Below are positions 56,618 to 64,000 of a DNA stretch of 64,000 bases, one piece after another. Under the pieces are notes generated by a model. It was not told the DNA's origin and made no database searches. It saw nothing but the letters and a program-made list of their open reading frames with translations. The DNA is from an uncultured Fibrobacterota bacterium (GTDB lineage: Bacteria > Fibrobacterota > Chitinivibrionia > Chitinivibrionales > FEN-1185), in NCBI GenBank assembly GCA_963729895.1, contig CAVSQB010000018.1:78074-142073 (forward strand), written 5' to 3'. The position numbers were made by a program, and so were the translations under genes. Within the stretch, counting starts at the first letter, position 1, and the number at the start of each line of letters is the position of its first letter.

Positions 56618-58306
56618 CTATTGGCCCGGTTTTTCAGAAGTATCTTTTACGTCTCCAACAATAGTTTTCCCCGCCTCTCTCACAAAGTACACATATCCGT
56701 ACTCTGCCTTGATTTCCCGCAATTGCGGCATTTTCCTGTAACCCTCCGCCTTGTCGATCCTGCAGACAAAATACGCGGGTTTGTCTATGGGGCCGTTCAA
56801 AAGCCAGTTTACGTCATAGTCGTTGGGGTTTCCGCCCGGCTTCTTCTTTAGGTAGAACAGATCCGCATAGGTCTTGAACAGCGACCGCGCATACACGTTT
56901 TGTCCGTGCAGTCCGCGGTAGAAATCGATGGGGCCGGCATCGGTGTAGTATTCCATCTTCGGCACAAACACGATGGCCGCGATCTGCAGGCAGAGCGCAG
57001 TTGACACAATAAGCACCCCGAAGCCTGCGGCGAACCGCTTCTTTCCAAGAAGCACGGCCGCTGCCACGAGCGCGGCGCCATACCCGGCTCCCACCAGCAT
57101 TTCCGCGTAATGCCACCTGCCCGGATACGTGAGGCAGTCGCGCGCAAACCGGTCCGTCACGAGCGGTATAAGCCATGACGTGTGCATCATGACAAGCGGA
57201 AACGCCGCGATGGCGAGCGCCACGAGCAACCCGAACGCGGCCAGTGAAACGGTGAGCCAGCGTTTCCACACGAGTTTCCCCGACAGCACCGCGTGCATGT
57301 GGTAGGCGGCAAGAAAAGTAATCGGAAAATAACAGAGCGACGAATACAGCACGGTCTTTGTCTTGACAATAGAAAACAGGACCAGCACCACCCAGAACAC
57401 GACAAGCATCCACCGGGTAAACCGCTGCTGCTCATCGGAACCGGCCCTGCCCGGAAGAAAGGACCGGATGGCGAGAAACGACGCAGGAAAACAACCGAAA
57501 AGAAGCACCACGAAATGAAACCAGAACGGACGGCCGTGTCCTGCCTCGCCGGACGAAAACAGTTTTGCCTGGTACTTGACAAATTCGATAACAAACCACG
57601 GGCCGTGGGCCAGGGTTTCGGCGCCGTACCACAACAGGGACACACAGGCTGCCGCGGCGGCGCACGCGGCAACGCCCTTTACAGTTACGTAAGGCTTGAA
57701 CCGGCGCAGTGCCCAGTAGACGCATGCGCACAGCACGGCGACGACAATCGATGCCGGTCCCTTGGTGAGCGTTGCAAGGCCCAGAAACGCGCCTGCAAGC
57801 GCGAGCCATCCTGCACGAGATGGCCGCACATCCGTCTTTTCGCTTTTGAAAACAAAATAGATGCCCAGGAACGTGAACAGGTTGAACACCGGGTCGATGA
57901 TTCCGGACTTGAAGAACAGATGGGGCATAAACGACCCGAGAAAGGCTCCTGCCCAGAGCAGGCCGAATCGCCAGTCGAATATGCTCCTGCCTATGCGATA
58001 GACCACCAGCAGGGTTGCCATACCGCACAGCGCATTGACAAAACGGGCCGCAAACTCGTTGACGCCGAACAGGGTCATGGATGCCGCCTGGAGCCAGAAG
58101 AACAGGGGCGGCTTTTCCCAAAACGGCTGGAAATTGATCTGGACCTGCAGAAGATTGTGACTGACCAGCATTTCACGGGCAGCTTCGGCACAATTGATTT
58201 CGTCCCAGTCGAACAGGTGTGCGCGGCCGAGGAAGGGGACAAAGAAGAACAGGCCTGCGCACAGTATCAGCAATTGGAACAGCAGGTTTCTTCTTTCTTC
58301 ATTCAC
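56618..58306 (-). CDS. ArnT-like GT-C membrane glycosyltransferase
   Basis: LFDWDE...AEAAREM, EKPPLFFW, EFAAR and LTKGP; many TM helices. Confidence 0.88.
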   Translation of the reverse strand: MNEERRNLLFQLLILCAGLFFFVPFLGRAHLFDWDEINCAEAAREMLVSHNLLQVQINFQPFWEKPPLFFWLQAASMTLFGVNEFAARFVNALCGMATLLVVYRIGRSIFDWRFGLLWAGAFLGSFMPHLFFKSGIIDPVFNLFTFLGIYFVFKSEKTDVRPSRAGWLALAGAFLGLATLTKGPASIVVAVLCACVYWALRRFKPYVTVKGVAACAAAAACVSLLWYGAETLAHGPWFVIEFVKYQAKLFSSGEAGHGRPFWFHFVVLLFGCFPASFLAIRSFLPGRAGSDEQQRFTRWMLVVFWVVLVLFSIVKTKTVLYSSLCYFPITFLAAYHMHAVLSGKLVWKRWLTVSLAAFGLLVALAIAAFPLVMMHTSWLIPLVTDRFARDCLTYPGRWHYAEMLVGAGYGAALVAAAVLLGKKRFAAGFGVLIVSTALCLQIAAIVFVPKMEYYTDAGPIDFYRGLHGQNVYARSLFKTYADLFYLKKKPGGNPNDYDVNWLLNGPIDKPAYFVCRIDKAEGYRKMPQLREIKAEYGYVYFVREAGKTIVGDVKDTSEKPGQ

Positions 58307-58388
58307 AAGTGTTTATTCCGAGTTACTCAGTCATGGTTCTACGGTCAACATCTTCCGATTGTGCACAACCCTGCACGCCTGCAGTGTC

Positions 58389-60035
58389 TTAACACTCATA
58401 CCTCGCCGCGAGCGGAAACCGTCTCCCGCACCCGAAAGCCTTTGGGGTCACCTTGAGCCCCGGTGCGGCCTGCCGGCGTTTGTATTCGCTGTTCTTGACG
58501 GCCCTCACAACCCACTCGACCGTCGTTTGGTCGAATCCATGTTGTACGATTTCTGCAGCGGATTTTCCTTCTTCAACGAAAAGTTCGATGATCGGGTCGA
58601 GAATATCGTACGGCGGCAGGGTATCCTGGTCTTTCTGGTTCGGACGAAGTTCGGCGGACGGCGGTTTTCCGATGCTGTTTGCAGGGATGATTTCCCTCTC
58701 GCGGTTGATGTAATTCGCCATCCTGTAGACCATGGTCTTGGGAAGATCGGAGATCACGCCGAGGCCGCCGCTCATGTCGCCGTACAGGGTGCAGTAGCCA
58801 ACCGCGAGCTCGCTCTTGTTGCCGGTTGACAAAAGAAGATGGCCCAGTTTGTTCGACAGCGCCATGAGGATGATTCCGCGCACGCGCGCCTGGATATTCT
58901 CTTCAGCCAGGCCGGGCGGCTGACCGGCAAAATGAGGAGAAAGTTCTTTGAGGAATGCGGTAAACGGCGCTTCGATGGGAATGGTTGAAAAGGCAATGCC
59001 GAGGTTTTTTGCCACAGCCGCGGAATCCTCTACACTACCCTCCGAGGAATACCGCGACGGCATGGTAACGCCCCATACGTTGTGTGCGCCGAGCGCCTCC
59101 ACGGCGAGCGCGCAGGTAACGGCGGAATCGATGCCGCCGGAGAGCCCCACGAGCGCTTTTGAAAAGCCGCATTTATGAAGGTAGTCGTACAGGCCGAGCA
59201 CAAGTGCACCGTGGGCGCTCTCCACTGTATCGAGATGAGGTGCCGCAAGCGGAGGTCCCCAGGCCGACGTTTCCACCGTCTCTACGCATTCGGCAAACGA
59301 AGGGAGCTTCGCACGCAGTGCGCCTCCGGCGTCCACGGCAATGCTGTTTCCGTCGAAGATGAGCTCGTCGTTGCCGCCGGTTTGGTTGACAAAAACAAAC
59401 GGAATGCCATGCCGTTGAGCATGGTTCTTCACCATGGTGAACCGTGTTTCTTCTTTGCCGAGGTGAAACGGCGACGCCGAAAGGTTTATGAGCAGGGTGG
59501 CGCCCTTTTTTGCAAGCTCCGCCACCGGGTCGAAGTCGTAGAGTAGCTTTTGCCACATGCCCGGATCATTCCACGCATCTTCACATATGGTAATTCCAAG
59601 CCTCTCGCCCTTGAACGGGACAACGCTGCGGTTCACGGCAGGGTCAAAATAGCGCGATTCATCGAACACGTCATAGGTCGGCAGGAGCGACTTGTCCTGC
59701 TGGAAAACGAGTCCGCCGTCGCATACGAGAAGGGCGGAATTGGACAACCGCTTGCCGTTTGGCCGGCTGTTCGGCATGGCAAAGCCGAACAGGATCCCCG
59801 CGCCCGGGAGCGTGGCGGAGAATCGCCGGATTTCGTCGAGCGCCTGCATGCCGCGCCGTATGAACCACGGCTGTTCCAGCAGGTCGCGCGGGGGGTATCC
59901 CTGAACGATCAGTTCGGAAAACACGAAAAGGTCTGTTGCGGTGTCATGTGCAGATTCGATCGCGGCCAGCATCTTCGCGGTGTTGCCGGCTATATCGCCG
60001 GTGATGGGGTTAAGCTGGCACAGGGCGATTTTCAA
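58389..60035 (-). CDS. nadE: Glutamine-dependent NAD+ synthetase
   Basis: Nitrilase domain (GYPPRDL, ICEDAW) plus LSGGIDS, NKSE..GY.TLYGD and PSAEL; TTG start. Confidence 0.95.
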   Translation of the reverse strand: MKIALCQLNPITGDIAGNTAKMLAAIESAHDTATDLFVFSELIVQGYPPRDLLEQPWFIRRGMQALDEIRRFSATLPGAGILFGFAMPNSRPNGKRLSNSALLVCDGGLVFQQDKSLLPTYDVFDESRYFDPAVNRSVVPFKGERLGITICEDAWNDPGMWQKLLYDFDPVAELAKKGATLLINLSASPFHLGKEETRFTMVKNHAQRHGIPFVFVNQTGGNDELIFDGNSIAVDAGGALRAKLPSFAECVETVETSAWGPPLAAPHLDTVESAHGALVLGLYDYLHKCGFSKALVGLSGGIDSAVTCALAVEALGAHNVWGVTMPSRYSSEGSVEDSAAVAKNLGIAFSTIPIEAPFTAFLKELSPHFAGQPPGLAEENIQARVRGIILMALSNKLGHLLLSTGNKSELAVGYCTLYGDMSGGLGVISDLPKTMVYRMANYINREREIIPANSIGKPPSAELRPNQKDQDTLPPYDILDPIIELFVEEGKSAAEIVQHGFDQTTVEWVVRAVKNSEYKRRQAAPGLKVTPKAFGCGRRFPLAARYEC

Positions 60036-60191
60036 AGGGTCCTGCTTTTGTTAGTGGAAATGCAGAGTTGGAAATTGACAGTTACCAGTTAACAGTGAAT
60101 GGAAAGCATCAGTATCTTAATTTTCGCTCCCAACGCTTCACTATTCAACCTCAACAATCCTATTCTCTTCTCCGCGTTCTCCGTGGCGAGA

Positions 60192-61703
60192 TTATCGGAC
60201 AATAAGCGACGTGCCCGTCATCTCCGCCGGTTTCTCAATTCCGAGCAGTTCGAGCATCGTGGGCGCAATGTCGCAGAGTCTGCCGCTGTCGCGAAGTCGG
60301 ACCCTGCCCGCACCGATCAACATCAGCGGGACCGGGTTTGTCGAATGCGAAGTCATGGGCGAGCCGTCTGCAAGCATCATCTGCTCTGCATTGCCGTGGT
60401 CGGCGCTTACGATGCACGCGCCGCCTTTGGCGACAACCGCCTCAACCACGTCGTGGACGCAGGTATCGATGGTTTCCACGGCTTTCACGGTCGCGGAAAA
60501 TACGCCCGTGTGGCCCACCATGTCGCAATTGGCGAAATTGGTTATCACCACATCGTACTTGTCGGACGCGATGGCCTCCACGAGTTTGTCCCGCACCTCT
60601 AACGCGCTCATCTCCGGTTTGAGATCGTAGGTGGCGACTTTGGGGCTGTTCACCAGGATCCGATCTTCGTTCTTGAACGGGTCATTTCTCTGGCCGTTGA
60701 AAAAGAAGGTGACGTGCGCGTATTTCTCGGTTTCCGCGCAGCGAAGCTGCTTGAGTCCGTGCGCGGCAAGCACCTCGCCGAGGATGTTGGTGGTGGGTAT
60801 TTCCGGATACGCTTCGGTAAACCGGCCCTTGTCGTAGTAATGGGTCATTGCGACAAAAAGAATGGTGTTGGGGATAGTTATGAATTCCTTAAAGGAAGGT
60901 TCGGCAATAGCCATTGTCAACTGCCGGGTGCGGTCGAACCTAAAATTGAAGAAAATAATGACGTCGTTTGCGCCGATCCCAGAGAAATTGATGAGCCGAG
61001 GCTTGATGAATTCGTCGTTTTCACCTGCTGAGTACGCGTCGTCGATGGCAGCTTGCCAGGTCGCCACGGCTTTGCCTTGGCCCTGCATGAGGGCGCGGTA
61101 GGCGAGTTCGGTGCGGTCCCAGCGTTTGTCGCGGTCCATGGCAAAGTACCTTCCGATGACCGTTGCCACCCTGCCGATTCCGGTTTTGTCCATGCCGCTC
61201 TGGAGAAAGGCCAGGTGCTCGCGGGCCGATCGCGGGGGAGTATCGCGCCCGTCGGTGATGGCGTGCACCAACACATTGTGAAAATCGCGCCGTTTGCACA
61301 GGTCGAGCAGGGCAATGCAATGGCGCGTGACCGCGTGCACGCCTTCCTCCTGGATAAGGCCCATAAGGTGCAGCGTGGCGTTGCGTTTCTTTGCCTCGTC
61401 GATTGCGCCGACGAAGGCCTTGTTTGTGAAGAAGTCGCCGTCGGTCACCGATTTGTCGATGCGGGTAAGGCTCTGGTACATGATCCGCCCCGACCCGATG
61501 TTGAGGTGCCCCACTTCGCTGTTGCCCTGGTAGCCTTCGGGCAGGCCCACGCTCAGCCCGGACGTGGCGACAAGCGTCGTCGGGTTTGATGCCTCATATG
61601 CATCTGTAAAAGGCGTGCGGGCAACGTGGATGGCGTTGGTGTTGTCTTCTTTTCCTCGTCCCCAGCCATCACGCACAATGAGGCAGACCGGTCTTTTCTT
61701 CAT
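60192..61703 (-). CDS. gpmI: 2,3-bisphosphoglycerate-independent phosphoglycerate mutase
   Basis: GNSEVGH, DGRD, GRY.AMDRD, AETEKYAHVTFF, DMVGHTG and ADHGNAE. Confidence 0.96.
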   Translation of the reverse strand: MKKRPVCLIVRDGWGRGKEDNTNAIHVARTPFTDAYEASNPTTLVATSGLSVGLPEGYQGNSEVGHLNIGSGRIMYQSLTRIDKSVTDGDFFTNKAFVGAIDEAKKRNATLHLMGLIQEEGVHAVTRHCIALLDLCKRRDFHNVLVHAITDGRDTPPRSAREHLAFLQSGMDKTGIGRVATVIGRYFAMDRDKRWDRTELAYRALMQGQGKAVATWQAAIDDAYSAGENDEFIKPRLINFSGIGANDVIIFFNFRFDRTRQLTMAIAEPSFKEFITIPNTILFVAMTHYYDKGRFTEAYPEIPTTNILGEVLAAHGLKQLRCAETEKYAHVTFFFNGQRNDPFKNEDRILVNSPKVATYDLKPEMSALEVRDKLVEAIASDKYDVVITNFANCDMVGHTGVFSATVKAVETIDTCVHDVVEAVVAKGGACIVSADHGNAEQMMLADGSPMTSHSTNPVPLMLIGAGRVRLRDSGRLCDIAPTMLELLGIEKPAEMTGTSLIVR

Positions 61704-61882
61704 CACGCTGTACTCCTTGTGAAGCGGAAGATGTAAATGAGCAGGGTCCGCAGATTTTAGTGCCCATAAATATAGCAAATATCATATATTAAGGAACAAT
61801 ATATGTTGGAGAAAACATAGGGTCTTGACTGCCTGCGGCTTTGCCAATTGTACAGACGGTCCACCCATCCAGCGAGATCCTG

Positions 61883-61962
61883 GATTGACGATTGAAAATT
61901 GACGAATTGCAGATCAGGCAGAAAACGGTTCATTCCGTCCCTCAATCATCAATCTACAATCT
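61883..61962. repeat. Intergenic inverted array of ~7-nt units
   Basis: GATTGAC/GATTGAA/AATTGAC versus TCAATCA/TCAATCT/ACAATCT; related units at ~55805-55845. Confidence 0.5.
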
Positions 61963-62053
61963 GATAGCTGCAATTTTTCCCGGGTTTCCCGAGCAGGGCG
62001 CCCGTACATGATTCTTGACAAGAAAGATAAAATAATTCCAGGTAGCCAGATTA

Positions 62054-63745
62054 ATGGACGACCCAAAATCTCCCATAGACTCCTTCAACGTCACCCTCGG
62101 TTCCTCTCCGGCGGCACGTCCAACTGTGCGACACGTCGAACCATGGAACATCCTGGTGTGTTCCGACCTTGGCTTTGCATCCACGAAACCGCAGCAGGCC
62201 CGCATTGCCGAATGGAACGAATTCATGAGGTCGCAGAACATTGTTTTTTCCGGCACGGTGGAGAATACATTGACGGCGGCAGGAAAACCGCTCTATGTGG
62301 AGTATCCTTTGCAGTCGATGAAGGATTTTTCCTCCGGCACCGTTGAAAAGACTGTCCCAGAGCTTGCGTCCTTTTCCAGTGTGCTGGTTGCCCTGCAGCG
62401 ATTGCTCGAGGGGAAGACCGGTTGCGCGGACGCGGCCTCAATGGTTAAAGGCGCAGGGCTTCCGGTCGAAGAAGAACGCCGCGTTCTCGGCATGCTTGGC
62501 CCTGCACCAGGCGCCCCAAAGCCGAAGCCACAGGAAAAATCGTCGGATTCACCCATTGACAGAATACTGTCAATGGTGGGTCCCGCGTCCGCGGCTCCGG
62601 GCCCGGCCGACCGGCCGCATTCCGGGGCGGGTGCCGCAGTGGCAGGGGCCCTTTTTCACGCGGTTGTTGACGCACCGGAGACATACGACAAGGCCAAAGT
62701 CTCCGCATACGTCGTCGAGTGCGCAGCCCGGCTCAACAACCAGTCTGCTGCAATAGCGGCGCGGCCGTTCTACGCGATGCGGATGGCGTCGTGGAACTGC
62801 CTCATGACGCTCGCGAAAATGGTCGGACGGCAGACATCGGCGTCGATAACCGTTTTTTCTGCGCCGGCGGAAGACATGCCCGGCCGTCTTGCCCAGGTGC
62901 TCGCTTGGTGCATGGAGGCCGGCGAACCGCCGGATATTATAGTGTGGGATTACGACGTTTCTTTTTCCAACGCAAGTGTTGACGTTATTGCAGCCATGGC
63001 AGAGGCCGCGGAGCGGTACAAGTGCATGGTGATTGCGCCGATTGCTGCGGCCGACCCGCTGCTTGACAGCATTTCCGGCAGGTCGAGCGTGTCGCACCTG
63101 TTTGAGGACGTGCGGTTTCTTCCATACAAAAAACTGCGGGAAAACACGCATACGCGGTGTTTGTGCCTGTGCGGACCGGCGCTGGTCTTTCCCGGCGCGA
63201 AAGACGGCCCGCTGCACCAGCACTGCAGGTCGCCGTGGTATGCGGTGACCAGGTGGGCCGAAATGTTGCTTGTAGAGAACAATCCCTTCGGGGCACGCCC
63301 CTCGCAGCCGGCTGCGGAAAGCATTTTCTCCGGGGGACCCGGTTTTGCGGAACGTATCGCCCCCGGCATCGCGGCCGAAGCCGCGGGCATGGGGCTCACG
63401 CTGTTTTCCGATTCGCCGGAGGGGAAGACGCTCGACAAAGCGGTTACCGTGATTTCCGGGGACGAGGTTGACAAAAGCTTCACGAGTTTCACGTTTAACC
63501 TTCTTGTCAACCGCGTGATCCGGCTGTGCGGCATTCGAGTGCTTGCGGCCGGGGCCGGGGAAAAGAAGGAGGATATTGCCGCCGCGCTACAGGAGTTTGT
63601 GCGGCGCGACCTTGCGGCATGCGGCATTGCATCCGGCGGAGGCGCGGTGAACGCATCGGCGCAGGGAGCGGAGGCCATTACCATGGCGGTCGACTCCGAA
63701 ACCGCGATTTCCGGTTATCGGGTGAGGTTCTCATTTTCCATCTAG
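62054..63745 (+). CDS. Divergent TssB(VipA)-TssC(VipB)-like fused contractile-sheath protein
   Basis: N-half PWNILVCSDL...SMKDFS...V...VPEL (TssB-like); Pro-rich linker; C-half ASWNCL..L, IIVWDY, DV....AEAAE...C..IA and PYKKLRE...RCLCL..P (TssC-like). Confidence 0.65.
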   Translation: MDDPKSPIDSFNVTLGSSPAARPTVRHVEPWNILVCSDLGFASTKPQQARIAEWNEFMRSQNIVFSGTVENTLTAAGKPLYVEYPLQSMKDFSSGTVEKTVPELASFSSVLVALQRLLEGKTGCADAASMVKGAGLPVEEERRVLGMLGPAPGAPKPKPQEKSSDSPIDRILSMVGPASAAPGPADRPHSGAGAAVAGALFHAVVDAPETYDKAKVSAYVVECAARLNNQSAAIAARPFYAMRMASWNCLMTLAKMVGRQTSASITVFSAPAEDMPGRLAQVLAWCMEAGEPPDIIVWDYDVSFSNASVDVIAAMAEAAERYKCMVIAPIAAADPLLDSISGRSSVSHLFEDVRFLPYKKLRENTHTRCLCLCGPALVFPGAKDGPLHQHCRSPWYAVTRWAEMLLVENNPFGARPSQPAAESIFSGGPGFAERIAPGIAAEAAGMGLTLFSDSPEGKTLDKAVTVISGDEVDKSFTSFTFNLLVNRVIRLCGIRVLAAGAGEKKEDIAAALQEFVRRDLAACGIASGGGAVNASAQGAEAITMAVDSETAISGYRVRFSFSI

Positions 63746-64000
63746 CAGGGTGTTGAAAAAGTCTCCCTTTTGTAAACATTTATCCTTATATTATAGGGGA
63801 ACCCCAACCAAGGAGTATTGATGAGAGGTTCCCAGCCAGCCCAAGGCGGTATGTTCAGCTTCGTTTCTCCGGATTCCCGAGTGCCGGCAACACACCCGCT
63901 TCGTCGTGTCAAACAGTTTACGGACATAGCGCTGCGCCGCCTTTCTCGTGACTTTGAGGCGATGTACAGCCGGATGGGACGCCCTTCGATACCGCCGGAA
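63746..64000 (+). mobile_element. Second copy of the IS5-family element (runs off the window)
   Basis: Near-identical to 52928 onward (one substitution seen); preceded by CTAG at 63742-63745. Confidence 0.92.

Noticed and set aside
1..64000. tRNA, rRNA or tmRNA genes and an integrase att site
   Set aside because: None recognised by eye; the element encodes a DDE transposase, not an integrase.

Overview
Most of this 64 kb window is GC-rich bacterial housekeeping DNA. It carries a partial PBP, parE/parC, purB, smc, a heterodimeric ABC exporter, murJ, nadD, bamD, a fused lptF-lptG, nadE and gpmI. A secreted GH2 with a T9SS-CTD-like tail hints at an FCB-group host such as Fibrobacterota (inference). 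The main accessory feature is a compact, AT-richer Mu-like transposable element of about 10.9 kb (~10.6-21.5 kb) between the PHP phosphatase gene and smc. It has an intact MuA-like DDE transposase, a MuB-like ATPase, a repressor/Ner-like switch and a Mor-like activator. I recognise no terminase, portal, major capsid, tube, tape-measure or lysis gene. Instead it carries rearranged pieces of virion proteins, each with its own RBS: an N-terminal tail-sheath fragment, a duplicated scaffold-like C-terminal motif, and gp48/gp47-like baseplate wedge proteins with a CBM-like insert. It also has a coiled-coil protein, a non-catalytic paralogue of the transposase N-terminus and a densely structured intergenic RNA region. 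My leading hypothesis is a transposable phage satellite of Mu-like phages; a decayed prophage is the alternative. Other points of interest: two paralogous small basic double-HTH genes, a TssB-TssC-like fused sheath gene, three IS5-family copies, an MntA/HepT toxin-antitoxin pair, and three +1 frameshifts that may be assembly errors. All family assignments come from motif recognition by eye; no searches were run.
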